Shown here piece after piece: positions 13,201-28,200 of a stretch of 64,000 nucleotides of DNA. Both the position numbers and the translations under genes were made by a program. Source of the stretch: Oopsacas minuta (lineage: Eukaryota; Animalia; Porifera); the NCBI GenBank assembly GCA_024704765.1, contig JAKMXF010000133.1, positions 124,001 to 188,000 on the forward strand, written 5' to 3'. The notes below the pieces were generated by a model that worked only from the letters and a program-made list of their open reading frames with translations, had not been told where the DNA came from and did no database searches. The stretch's first letter is position 1. Every line of letters begins with the position of its first letter.

Positions 13201-16200
13201 TCTGATTGGGTGAAATCAACCAATGAAATATGTTACCTCAGAATCAGGTGTTAAAGCTGGCAGAGTGGCATAAGGGGATTCAGAATTTCTGGAAAATCTT
13301 TTCGGTTGTTGTCGAGTATAAATATCTTTTGGGTAATTATCCATTCTACTAGTACTCTAAATGGTGAAGTATAGTATTTGTTGTTTGTTTACTTGTTTGT
13401 TTGTTTGTTTGTATACTTGTTTATCAATTTGTTTACCTCAACTACATCAAAAACAATAGATGAGTTATGTGGGAGCTCGGAGAACACATCGGTAGCAAAA
13501 CTATCATTGTCACTACTCAATTTCCCTCTAGAATACATTTCTAAACAAACAAACAAACAAATAATATTAACAGAAAAGGTGACAACCTGTGTCAACCTAT
13601 CAGATTTGAGGGTGTATTCTGTATAATGATTGGTCAGGACATTCACATAAAGATCTCTCCCTAGTTACGTAACAGATACTTAGGTATTTACCTTCCAATT
13701 CTATAGGTGTCCCTTGAGGGAATAAAAAACAGGTCAGAACCTTCTCTCCATTTTCTAATTCTTTTGGTTCCATTTCTATAAGTGGTCTTGTCTAAACAGT
13801 AAACAAACGAAAGGTGTGAAAATATGATCAATCATATGATAAATAATAACACCAACAGGTGACAAAATTTAACAACCAATAGAATTGCAGGTTATGCAAA
13901 TCCAGTAGCATTCTGATTGGTCTAACTTACAACACTAAAAAGCTGTGAATATATTCATATTATAAAATTCTGTACCCATGGTGCATATCTAGACCCTTAA
14001 ATGTACCAATCAATCAATCACCTAGGTTCCCAAGGACACCCCAAACGGATGTAAACAACAACAAATCTTACCTGATTTTCAATTATCCACAAAGCCAAGA
14101 GCTTTTTCAGTCGAGTAAGCGTGAATGGCATATACTTCAATCTAAAAGTAAACAAATAAGTAAATAATAACAACACATATTAGCATATTGGTTGTTTGTT
14201 TACCTGTTTCCTGATATGTTGACAACCACAAGGTTAGATAGGAATGCTATTTCTCTCGGTAATGTCTGGATATAATTATTTCTAACTGATAATATTCCCA
14301 AACTCAGACACCCAGATATCTAAACAACAAATAAACAACACAAGTAAACAAGCCAACATACAAACAAACACATGTATGTAAAGGTGTGAAGTGGTTTAAG
14401 CTACTTTATGCACAAATAAACCTTGAATTTCAAAACCAAAACAATAATTAAGAAATTATTCAAAGGTGTTAAATATGATAAATAATAATCTTGACACAAT
14501 TGTGACCTGATTGGACCAAAAAACCTCATCGACTCTTCCAATGTGAATATTTGTTTATTAATATTTACAAAATTTCCAGTAATCTTATAATCGAATCATG
14601 AAGTAAAATTGAAACTGAAACTGAAACTAACTTCTTTAGTTCCAGTTACGTGAATATTATTAATAAGCTGATAGCTATATGGACTCCTGTTGTAATGGCT
14701 AATAATGTGTATATTATAGTTACGTAAACAAGTAATAAACAACTTCAAAATAAACAAATCGTTTAAGAAATCAATAACATGTGTTTGTGTTTGTTTGTTT
14801 GGTTTATATTATAAGTAAACAAACCTCAGTTGTGACTTCAATAAGATCATTGTTGTCAATATTCAAGTTAATAAGATGTTTGAGAGATCCAATTGAATAA
14901 GGAATATCCTAATACACAAAATATAAACAAACAAACAAACAAACAAACAAACAAATAAACAGACAAACAAATAAACAAACAGACTAACAAACAGACAAAC
15001 AAATAAACAAACCTATAAAAAGAAACAAACACACAGTCAAACAGACTAAAATCAGACAAACAAACACACCTTTATCTTATTATCAGCTACAGATAGTTCT
15101 TCCAAATATCTCATCCTAAAGTGGTAACATCAATAAGGACAATTTAGCCCCATTAAGTGACACAATTTGTGCCACTAATATGCAAGTAAAACTAGTTATA
15201 TATTATATAAAATTATGAAAGCAAATAATGAAAATTCTAAAATTAGTAACAAATATGAAAATTGATTTGATAGAAAAATTTCCCTAAAAGGAAAAATTAA
15301 TATTCACGCGTAAATATATAAATGAATATGATTTGTAAATAACAACAAGATTCATTTTCTAGAAAAAAGTCAGTATAGTTTCAGTTCCAGAATAATAACG
15401 CAACAAACAAACTTTACCTTCCAATTCCTTTGGGTAAAGAATTCAGATGGTTGTTATTTACTTGAAGATTATTCATATTGTTTAGCGTACCTGAAATAAT
15501 AATAAAATAAAAAGTGGCACTGCTGAATGCGCCACATAATTGTGTCACAAGAGGTGTTTTGTCAAAACTCTAGCCTCAGGCCAGATGGTCACAAATTACA
15601 GATTTAAACATATCGGGAATGTTTAAGCGCCATTTTAACATATTTGGCGCCACAATATATAGAATAGGCGGGGATTACTAACAAATAGCCTCAGGTAGGC
15701 TCTGTATGTAATTATCTGATAGGTGCAAATCAGTGAGAGAAGTCCAGCCGTCAATTTCACTTGGTAGACATTCCAATCTATTTTTAGACACTTCCAAAAA
15801 CTTCAAATTTGATAGATAACACATATCCTAAGAAGAAACATTCTTTGATTAACCATAGCAACCGTGTGTACTCTCGCTATGTACAGTATATAAATACCCT
15901 TGGTAGAGACTTGAGGTTGTTGGAATCGACCCATAGTTCCTCTAAGGAGGTTAAGTGTCCGATTACTGGGCTCTAGAGAACAAATTGGCGGGATATTAAG
16001 TGTGAAAATGAATTCCAATTGGTAAAGTGGATTTGGAGAATGGACATCTGAAATTCCTTTAGAATTCCATAATCCTAATTGGTATCCAAGGAAAGAGAGC
16101 CTATTAATTAAACCGTCCAATCAACTTACAAGGAATGTCAGCTGATTATTTCCTATATCTAACCTCTTCAGTAAAGTTAAACTTATCAGAGATCTAAAAA

Positions 16201-19200
16201 TAGAATTATATTACTTCTAAAATTCTATAAATATCATTCACATATTTGTCAGGTCGTACAGCTGATAATAAATATGCCATAATTCGACCACTAGAGGTGT
16301 GATAAATTATACATATATGGGATTTCAATTTTTGACAATGAGTACCTTGGAAGATCGGTCAGATTATTGTCCCTTGCTTCTAAAATTAGTAGATTTGACA
16401 ATCTAAAAATAGAAATAAGAGTAAATAATAATAATAATATGGGACAACAAGTAGACTCCACTTAACAGAGCCACAGGCACACCTTTCTTCAGGTTAATTG
16501 GGTCAAAATAGCCTCTGGTCCAGATGTGACCCTATTAAGTAAAGTCTAGTGAGGGTTTAGACTACATTACTATAGTGACAGAATTCCATTAATACAATTT
16601 GGTAACTAGATAGATTGGTTATGTGAATTCCCATTAATATGCTAATAAGCACTTTCTGAATCAATTATAGTAAACAACATACAAATAAACAAACAAACAA
16701 GCAATAAATACATGAGTAATAGCAATTGGAAATGTGATTAATATGTGCTTAATCATATTTTCACACTTGTTAAAATATTGGGCTAGCCCACTCTCCATGG
16801 AACAATTTTGTGGGTCAGTTCCTGCGACATATACAATTGCGACAAAAGGAAATTCCAAAAGTGTGAACTTGCCATAAAAAGCACAAATCATGAAGCATCA
16901 AATATTATATTATATTATTTATGAATAAGGAATTTTGACACTTAGCGAAGATTATAGTTTTGCAATAAATAATATTTTGTAAAATTTATCAAATCTTTAA
17001 AGTTCCAAAATTCACATATTTGATTAAAGCAAATTTCTTTGAAATATTTCAAAGCAAAATTCCCCTTTAAAGATATATCAGAAAAATTATAAATATTTAC
17101 ATTCCTAAACGACAACTCGTTGCTAAGGGCATTCAAGACTATGCCATCACTCCACATATGGAACTGTGCCACTATAACTTTGGCGTTGTATAAGTATAGC
17201 ATAATTATAAAAATTCTAATTCGAAAGTGATAGAATTAATCACATATAAATCACCCGCTCAAATCTATTTTTAGATTGGTTAATAAACGAAGAGTTAGAA
17301 TACGAATCAGGAAATTTGATTGGTTAGCTAAAACCTCGGAATAATAGCTATTGGAACTGAAACTATGTTGATAAATATAGACAAATAATGCAAAGTGAAA
17401 GTATAAACAAATTTAATATAAATAAGAGAATACACATGAAAATAATAAGATAAACAACAACAAACAACAAAATGAATATTTTCAATTTACTGAAAGATGG
17501 CGCCAAAAACTATCTACACAAACAGCCAATCGAATCTCTGATTGATGACGGAAAACTTGGAAAGATCGACGGACGCAGGAAACTTCCAAGAATTTTGAAA
17601 AATTCGAATATAACCGAAGCGGAAAAAGAACTTGTTTACAAACGTAAAAAGCGAATAAATCAACAAAACGCGTTAAAAGCATTCAGACAACGAGAAAGGG
17701 TCTCATTTCGGAGATTGGAATGTGAGATCTCCCGTAAAAAACAAGAAAAATTAAAACTTGAAAAGGAAATTAAAGAACTGACAAAAGAAATACAACAGTT
17801 GGCAAATATGATTAATTAGATTATTGTTTGTGTAAACAAAGTGTGTATATAGAGTAAACAAATTAATTTTTGTTATAAATATTCTCTGACGTAATTATTC
17901 ATTTGGTAGGAGTAATTGAAAGGTATAGCTATATAATTATCACACCTTACAAAATATGAATGCTACTCCTCAAATACAGGTACAAATTGGACCACACCCC
18001 TGTGCCAATGGAACCCTTGGTGATACACAAATCTCAAAATTTGTAGGAGGAGGAGGCACACAAAAGGTGTGAAATAGTATAGAGACTCCATGGGTGAAAA
18101 TTGGGAATATGAATAATTCTGGAAAATATTAATTTTGAGCAAACAATTTGATTACTGAAACTGGAACTGAAATATATATAAAAATAAAATTCAAAGAATA
18201 TTTACAAATTAGCTAATAATTACATTTTTGAAGCCTCACATTTACAGCCGGAAAATGTGTAAAAAGTAGCTATTTATAGAAACTTAATTTCAGTTCCGTA
18301 TTGATTAAAATAAAGAGTTCGTGTGTATAAGAGACAGCTTTCACTTAAGTATTCGATCACATATTTTCATGTTTCCTAGCAACCATGAAATATTTCAAAG
18401 CAAATTTCTTAAAGTATTTTTGTCTAAAATTAGAAGCAAAGATTTCCAAAACTTTTTAAGGGATAGTAACTTTATTAATGACACTTCGTGATTGCTGTTA
18501 ATTGGAGTTGAGGTGAACTAAGGGGGCAAGAGGTGTAGCATATGCAGGGCCGTAGCCACTGGTCAGGTTGGTCAGGTTCAGCGTGCCAAGTGAATTCAGA
18601 AAAATATACGTAGAAACCAAGGTTGAAACAGTTTTAACCGAATATCAGTATTCATGAATAGTAGCTCAACCGAATACTGGTAATATTCGGTTGGAGGGGG
18701 GCAACCTTGGTAGAGACCAACTATATTAAGGAGCATTTTGAATCCCTTAATGACTCCAAACAGGTTTTAATTTGGTTTTACAAATGCCATTAGCTAACAA
18801 CTTTTTATTAATAATCATTAAGAAATGTAGAAATATTAACGCTTTCGTGTTTGTAAACACTAAACTATAATCACTATCAGAATGCAATTAACAATCAAAG
18901 CATTATTTCACACAGGATTGGAGGTTAACCCGGGTTAAATAGGTTTAGCCCGGCCCAGTAGGGTAACACCCGGTTAAATTGTAAAGACAGTAAATACTCA
19001 AAGTCTTCATAAATACAGATCTGTAATCGTATAATTGACCCGTTATGGACAAGTGGCAGCTATACAGAGGTCGATTTGTATTGAAACTTGATCCATGTGG
19101 CTTTAATGGCAGGTGACACAGAGGTGGCATGAGCCACTGTATTACAACAAACCATGGATAATATAAATCGATTGGATTTGAATAGGGGGCCAATTGGACA

Positions 19201-22200
19201 GATGGACAAGTGTTTGAAGAGCATATTTGGCCTCTGAATATTTTCGGGGCTACTGCAAATTACCAACAAAACAGCTGTCAAATTATCAACAAGTATTTCA
19301 ATGGCCAATTTTGACATCAATAAAGATATTTTTGAACCAGGGATTAGACAATGGTAATACAGTCAAGTACGTTTAATGGAGACATATGGCTTCCAGCCCT
19401 TTATGTCCCAATAAGGAGCGGTCTCAGGAATTCGCACACCCGGGACAAAATCTTATGATATAATGGGCAGTGGTTGTCTGAGGATCTAGCTGACAGGGAC
19501 AGGATCTACTCTGAGACCGCCCCTTGTCCCAGTTAACCCAAAATATTTAGTATTAACTATAATTGAGGTTATTCTGTTACACTAAATGAAATATATCCAA
19601 TTAGTGAGCTAAAAATAGTAACAAGTCAGCAAACTTACAACGGGCGTTCAAAATGTTCCCGACCTTGGTCATAGAATTTGAAGACAGAGGATATTATATT
19701 ACATATCTGTATTCATAACAAACTTTATTCTATTATCTATTCAGAACTTCTTTAACTTTCATCATATCGCCAATAGAAAATTTCTCAGTTTTAACTATCT
19801 TTGTAGTTTCCAGATTTATGGCTTCAAATTTGAAATTGGATCAAGGGATACTATGTCAGGATTCGCACGCTTCTTGGTATTGGGACGAAGGATATTCTCA
19901 TTGACTTGGAAGTCGTTTATGGAGATGCTAGCCTTTCATATACTACTGTAAAGGAGTGGACCAAGCGGTTTCGCGAAGGACGAGTCACTGGAAGATGAAG
20001 AACGAATCGGGCGTCCCGAATCCGCCGTCACTAGCAGTAACACCTCTGAAATTCGCTGGAGTGGAAGAAGATCCTCACATCGCTGTTGAGGAGTTAGCTA
20101 TGAGTGTAGGGATCTCAACGGGAGCTGTTCATTCCATACTTATGGATGAGCTGAAAGTTAGAAATTTGTTCGAGGTGGATCCCGCATTCCCTTACAAAGG
20201 ACCAAAAGGGCCGTCGGGTAACTTGTGCAAGAAAAATGCTCTCCGAGTATAAAGACTCGGATCCAAGAAGCCTGGCAGAAATCATTACTGGTGACGGGAC
20301 TTGGATAAGATACGACGAGCCACTATCCAAAGAAAGAAATAAGGTATGGGTCGTAAAAGGTGAGGCGCCTCCTCTCAATCCTAGGCCGGACTTCAGAGAT
20401 CAGAAGGTCCTGTACTCAATTTTCTTTCATGCACATGGCCCAGTTGCCCAGATTATAATACCAAAAGGGAAGACAAATACCGGGGACTTTTATACCAGCA
20501 GTTGCCTCTCAGAAGTAGAAAATTATTACTGGGAGCGGAAGCCAAAGTCTGGACCGCGGGGCATGCGATTATTGCACGATAATGCACGGTCACATAAACT
20601 AAGCTCGTAAAGTCAGAGTTGAATAGAATGAGAGTTGTCGAGCTAGATCACCCATCCTACTCACCTGATCTCGCACCTTGTGATTTCTGGCTCTGTGCAA
20701 AGTTGAAAAAGAACCTTGCAGGCAGGCATTTTGATACCAGAATCGACCTAAGGAACGTAATTTGGAGATCCCTAAAAGAGATCCCGCCTGGAGACTATAA
20801 AAAGTATGTTTCTAATGGCTAGAACTTCTACAACGAGTCATAGACGTTAATGGTGATTATCTCCAGAAAATATCCCAATTGTACATGTATATTCTGTATA
20901 GTTACAATATCAGGGTTCTATCTAGGATGTTAAATTTGGGAGGGGAAGCTTTGAAATCCCTAGTACCCAATTATCAAAATATTACAACCTTGAAGTAAAC
21001 ACCAAACCTTTAATTTAATTCCTAATAATGAAGATTTCCCATTTGTTATTTATTTACACTTCAAATAGTATTTTCACAATGAATTGATATTCTAATAATT
21101 TATCAATTGTATAATATATTGCGATTAATAGTACATTTTATGAGATTTTTGGGGGGGGAAGCTGAAGTGTTTGGGGAAGAAGCTTCCCCCCCCCCCCCCC
21201 CCCAGTAGATAGAACCCTGAATATATGGGTAGGGTCGGGAACTTTTTGAACTTCCGTTGTAGATATTGAGCGCCTAATCCCCCGCCAAAAAATTATCATT
21301 ATTGACTAATAATGACAAACAAAAGTTATTAAAACAATAAATATTGGATAAAAGCAATAAACAAATTTGCATATTTTCGCAATGATGATATGCATAAATA
21401 TTCCAAATTGGAAAAGTATAAATACTACAAGAAATGAAGAAAATAATAAATAACAAACAAATATACAAACGAAATGTCTGAAAATCGTAAAGAATGCGAG
21501 TTGAAAAACAAAATTAGAGAGAAACAAGTTCGAAAGGCGGGAAACACCTTCAAAACGAGCGGGCAACATCAAACTATTGCTTACAGATTATTTAAAGATA
21601 TACTTTCTCTAAAAATGAAGAAGCGAGAGTTTCAAGAGGAGAAGACTAAACTCGAGGAAGAGATTAGTTTCTATCAAATGGAACTAACAAGATTGTCTTA
21701 TGATAATTCTGGTTCACAAAACCAAATGGCAATGCATAGTTCATATAACACCCAACAAAGTTCATGTACCTACTCTCCGCCAATCAGAATGGATTCTCAG
21801 TTTTACGAGGACACAAGCCAAATAAATTTTGAGGATATACTCAGACAAACTTTAGGTGACAATATTTAAATTCATATATATTTCTGTGTTAATCCTGTGA
21901 ATACTTAAAGTTGTATATTCTTGTCATAAAATGAAAAATTTTTGCTGCAAAACTTTGAATTATATTTCAATAAAAACAAAGTAGATTTAGCATAACCCCG
22001 CTTAAAATTGTGTAACACCCGCCAGCCCGCCTAAATTATACAATTCGGGGGAAAGCCCGCCTAGAATGAAATGCTCCCGCAACTATAACAAATATGGAAT
22101 GTTTCTATGTACAGTAAACTCCGCTACAAGAGCTACCGGTTAATCCGGCTAATTGAATGTACAAATAGTAGTGATTATACATATTCTAACACCTTTCTGA

Positions 22201-25200
22201 TACTGAAATAAACAATAATACAAATTCACATAAATTGTGAGAGACAAATAAACAAATATTTATGAATAACATGGATAAAGCATAGGTGTGAAAAGATGAA
22301 TATTTAAGTGGTAAGGTATACTTTATATTGCTCCGTTTCATGGATTAGTTGTTCTCTTAAGTCAAACCAATATTTTCTTTCATTAATTAAGCGAGAAATG
22401 TCCCGCTTAAGACAAATAAGTTCTTGACGAGATTTGGCGCGAAATTTCTTCGTAGCTTTTTGGCGGTTCAACTTGTCGCGGACATTTCTAATATGCACTT
22501 TGACCTCTTCTGGGATATCTGAACTGTCTAGAATCCGAAGAAGCGCGGTTCGACCCTTTAGCGCGGCTAATTTATTAGTGTCGATGAGTTCTGGAATTTG
22601 GGCGGGTAATAATCTCCACCAATTTGGGATTAAAATGGCTTGTATACTTCCAAGTTGTTGTTCTGAAAGGTAAACACTCATTTGTTTTGTTGTTGTTATT
22701 GTTGTTAGAAAATATTGAAATTGATTAGTATAAACAAGTTGAAAGTTTTTATAGGAAAAATTCTGCATGATAATAATCACGCGTAAAGTAAACAACAACA
22801 AACAGGAAACTACAGTCAATAGAAACCATATTCACTGATCAGAGGACATTTAAGTGAGAATAAATCTAAAAATAGAATTCATGATTCATTTTAGCGCCCA
22901 AATTCAGACTTATTTTATGCGCCAAATAATCAATGAAGTGGGTAAATCAGCCACTATTTTCACACCTAACAAAGCATCAACATTTTGATGTAGTTATTTT
23001 TAGAACGGTGATATTAATATTAATATATATGAGAAAGCAATTACTAATAACTGTAAGGGATAAATCTTGACGAAACTGCGACAAAATATGAAACTACAAG
23101 TGGCACAATCGAAGACACATTGCGAATATGTAATCACAAATAAGTAATGATATATCTCTGTAATTCATTTATAAATATTACCAATCACGGATATACAACA
23201 ACCATTTTGGGGTCATATTTGGCCCATTTTAGCCTCCGATTGAGACAAAATACGCCAAACACAGGAGAAGGGTTGCTATGTGTGTGGAATGTGATCAGAC
23301 CCCTAGAGAGGAGGAGAGGAGGCCATTAGGCCTGTTCCTCGATCTCTAGGGGTCCAAAAATATTGCATCGAATGTAATGAGTATAAAATGGAGAGAGGGA
23401 AATTCCAAATTACATCATTAAAATTACGAACAATGAAATTAGCAATTAATAATATCAATATGAAACTATAATGTTATGGATATGGAACTTAATCAGTGCT
23501 ATATTTATATGCGATAAATCAAATTACAGAATAAGCAAATGAAGAATAATCATATAATATTTAAGGGAAACTTTCTTGGAATAGTCAGTAGAAATGTGGA
23601 ATAAAGTGTCGCTTTATTATTGCCACAAATATCCGGGACACTTTTTGAATAAACAATATGTTATATGATATGTCAATAAACACAAACAACAATCAATAAG
23701 CAAAACAAATTCTTTTGTAATTATTATATTTTAAGATCGAAAATTTGGGGATTAGCTATTCATGAAGGCGATTCAGGGACGACAGGTGGGACTCCAGAGG
23801 GTCTATTTCAGTCTATAGGTTAGGAGGGAGTCTAAGGTGTAAAATGGTATAGGTACACAGGTGGAAAGGGTTGGGAACCGCTCCCAATATGGATTTACAA
23901 TCCTGTCGAAAAGTGGCTTGTGCTCTCTGATTTAAAGTGACACCTTAACAGGCATAATATTTCAATTTAGTGTCAGCTAGGTGGTTTACCCTCTTAGAGG
24001 TGGCGTGTTGATAATCCACCAAAATTCCAGAATTGTACTTTGAATAAAAACAGACTCCACGAGTCTTTGTTAAGTAATTAATATCTTGGATTGTTATAAA
24101 TTTAGTATCTTTTAGTTATATTACCAAAGTGTTAAGAGTTCATAAATATCCAGAGCTAATAGTTCAAATCTTTTGGAAGTGAAGTGTGAACTCAAAATTA
24201 GAACAACAAATATATTTGTAAATAATATTATAGAAAATTATGTAAACAAAAATATATGAAAATATATCAATGAACCATGGACAATTGGAGAAGGTGTTAT
24301 CAAAGAATTCATAGGGCAAATATGGTTCCTAACTGAGTAGGGAGGGGAGGGCAATTCCTATGAGCCCCTTTTTCTCATAAAACAGCTGATAATGTATAGA
24401 AAAAGGTGTGAAATTGTACAAAATAATAAATTTCATATATGACTCACCTCCCAATAGTGTCAGGCAGAACATCTAAGTAAATATCATTTATGTATAGTTC
24501 TTGTAAATAATGAAGCTGTGTGAGGTGTTCTGGAACTCTAAACAACAATAAACAACAATAAACAACAATAATACAATGACTAACAAAGGTTTATACTGGA
24601 CCAATCAATTCACATTCTCAGATAGGTGTTAAACCATTATGTAAATTGGACCAATAAAATATCAGGGTAACCCTCAAATCTGATAGGTCAGACACACTAT
24701 CTCAGAGAATATGTGAATAATTCGCTTGGAAATTTACATATGCTTAATTCACACCATTTTACACACTCATATCAAATTTTGTAGCTGTTACCACTTCCTC
24801 AATAATGAATAAACAAACAAACAAACAAATAAATAAACAAAGTATATACTTACCTGCCAAGAGGATTCACAGATAATTCCAAAGCTTCAAGAAAGGCGCA
24901 ATGTTGTATCGTATTAGGAAGACAGGTGAGAGCTAAAACAAATAAACAAACAAGTAAACAAATAACTGAAGATATTTGTTATATTTTATTAATAAAATTA
25001 ACCATGAATAAACGAGGATTTTAAAATATGGACCATGGATAATTGAAGAAAATATCTTTAAAAGTGGCACACCCATTTAACACCTAATCATATCCATTAT
25101 TAACAATAAATATATAAGAGAAATGTTGATAAATAAATTCTACAAAATATGACAAATTAATAGATCAAAAGGTGTCTGGGAGGATTTCCATTTATGGAAG

Positions 25201-28200
25201 TATACCAAATACTTTTCATAGCAAAATGGAAAGAATTTCCAAATTTTTGAATGTTAAATGCGTTTGAATTTTTCAAGCGAATTTCCTCAGAAATTAATTT
25301 TCGTATTTCAATCAAAGAATTTGGATTTTTATAAAAGTTAACTGCAATATTTTTGTATTCAGAAAAGGTGTTTGCTATTAATTCGGTTCTATTTATACTT
25401 TTGAGGAAACTGGCGCCTACTCTACCAGCTAATGAAACTCCACGCTTTGTGAGGATAGGTAATCCTCTTGACAACATTTCTGCCGCTACGGTATGCGCGT
25501 TATAAGGCGATGTATCTAAAAATAGATCACAGATATATGGCGCGTATTTCAGATAATCAGGTCTAGATAGCGGCTGTGAGATCAGAATTTGATTGGTCAA
25601 TCCTAAAGCATTGGATTCGTTATGGATAAATCCCACGCTTTCTATTGGTCGAGAAATTAACCATAGAATTGCATTGGAAGCGTCCAATAAAATTTCTGAC
25701 CAAATTTGGAAGGTTTTTGGAGAAATTTTGGACAATTTTGATAAACAACAATAAACAAATTTCCCAGCGGGTATTTTTAATTGTTGTTGTTGATGTGATA
25801 TCTCCATACTTGTAGGTTTGTTTATCTCATAAAGAGGAGCTGGAAAGTAGGGCGGGGGGAGTAGAATTAATTTCTCAGCAAACTCATGGTCCGATTGGTC
25901 CAATTCACACGCTTCTGGATCGCATATTGTATAATCAATAACAGAAGGGTCTCCGTAAGACCCTGGATAACCTAAATAACTAATTTGCAAGGGCGCCGGT
26001 CGACAGGCGAATATTTCCCCGCGCGCTCCAACCGTGTAACCCATCAGGTCAATAAGAATGTCAATTCCATCGTGCATGACAACCTCAAGGATAGAAGGAA
26101 TGTCTAAATCTGAAATATCTCTGAAAATATTCACAGAATTCTGAATGTTTTTGGTCCACGTGTCGTGTATTGGATTGAGAGAGTATGCAAATATTTGAGT
26201 ATCATTCTGGTTGCTAAGGTAACGGAATAAAGGTGCTAGAATGTGGCTCGCTGGATGATTGTTAAAATTAAAACTAACAAAGCCTATTTTCAAAATGTCC
26301 AGAACTCTGTGATTTGATTGGTTCTCATTCCTATGTTTGGCGGTTAATTTCCGTTGCTCAGCCAATGAAATTGCGAGTTTCTGTGAGCTAATAAACGCGA
26401 TTTCTTTCAATAATTCAATTGGCAAATCAAAAAATAGTAAATTTCCTGGAGAATTGCATTGCTGTCTGTTTTCCGATGAGATAACGAAAGAATTTTCAGA
26501 TTCTATTTTTAGAATACGCGCCAAATCGGCTATGTCATTTTCATAATTTTCCCAGTCACATAAATGGCGCCTGACATTTATGAGCTTACATTTTGATTGG
26601 CTGTTGGTTGGATCGAGGTTTAGAGCATTTTCTAAGGCAACAATAGCGTTCTTGAATCGGCCAATGGAAATACACGCGGCACCCATAACCACGTGGCCTT
26701 CTAGGAGGTTTGGGTCGATTTTCACACCTCTGGTAGCTAGGGAAAGTGCTTTGGAATGCTCACCATTTGCATTATAAATCACAGCCGCATTAATCAGCGA
26801 TGGAACGTGGTTTGGATCAATTCTGAGTGCCCTTTCGTAATAATAAAGTGATTCTATTTTATTTCCAATTTCAAATAAAGTACTTGCTAAGTAGGTGTTA
26901 GATTCTAAAATATCATAAATTGACACCCATTTTCTAGCGATTTTAAGCGCGTCAAAATATCTTTTTTGAGCGAAAAATAAAGTTATATAAGTTTGAAATA
27001 ATTGAGTAGAATTTGGGAATATTTTCATAGCATTATCTAATGTAGATTGAGCTGCATTCCAATCACCAAGTTGTATATGAATGGTTGCTAGGTTCTGGAA
27101 TGTGTTAGGCGTTTGGTTATCCAATAAAGCCATTTCAAAACATTCCAAGGATTCCAACAGCCTATTTTGGTTGTGAAGGTGTAGACCTGCTTTGGTGAAT
27201 CTTCTATCGATTGCATGTGGACATTTTGTGAGAACAGAAGTGTGAAAAGTGGCACAAAAGATGACCACAAATAAATATACTAATATGAACATAACTAAAT
27301 TCTTTTATTCAAACAGGGATATTAAAAATAGCAGGGGTTTATCTAAGTGCAGCCATGAAGTGCACAAGTCGAGCGTGAGACCAAATTTGACAGGATCAAC
27401 CAGCCCAAGAGAGTCCCACAGAGAAAGGACAAAGTTATTTGCTAAACTCCTGAATTTCCAAGTTCCCATCCATAAATAGCAATTTAGGGACAAAGTTGGG
27501 GGGGAAAGGCGAGTAAACCGGCAAATACATCCGTGATTCCGTATAAACAATACCGGGATAATTCTGGGATTTCGGTAGGTGTGGGAAGTATGGTATACAG
27601 TGGAGTTCCCTAAAAACGGACAACACCTCTACAACGGACAAGCTTGTGGAACGAAATAAGTTTAAAATATATGCGAATAAACTTTAAGCAATCTTTGAGA
27701 AGCGGACATCTCACCTACAACAGACACAATATAATGCCCGAATGTGTCTGTCATTGGGAAAGTCCTCTGTAACCAAAAATGTAAATATTCAAATATTTCT
27801 GGTTTCTTGGATTTGGCAGGAGGCGAGCCACACGTGTCCCACATCCACCATGACCAATAGGACCTGTTCCAGTTGTGCCAGTTCTTAACTAATTATCAAA
27901 ATAGCTATTGCAATAATAGGTTGCTATGGTTATTCACATGAAAATGGCATTCTTAGAATTCTCTCAAGAAATCATAAGTGACATTATTAATAAATTTGAT
28001 AAGAGACACAATGACTATGATCTCATTCAGGGTTTGTAGAACTTCAACCTATCAAATGATTAGTTACGAAAATAGACATGTCATATTGTGCCATACAAAA
28101 GTGGCACAATATTACGCGCCATAATTTTTACAAATAATTAATACAAACAACCAAAAGAATTTCAGTTTGATGTAACCCTCAAATCTGATTGGTGGACACA

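Noticed and set aside
16661-17202. Two short minus-strand ORFs in LAP intron 4 as a possible extra nested gene
   Set aside because: No recognisable motif, and I could not establish in-phase splice joins.
25157-27292. GT41 gene as bacterial contamination or misassembly
   Set aside because: It sits between in-phase host exons, has host-like AT content and is flanked by host repeat families. Read-level confirmation is still needed.
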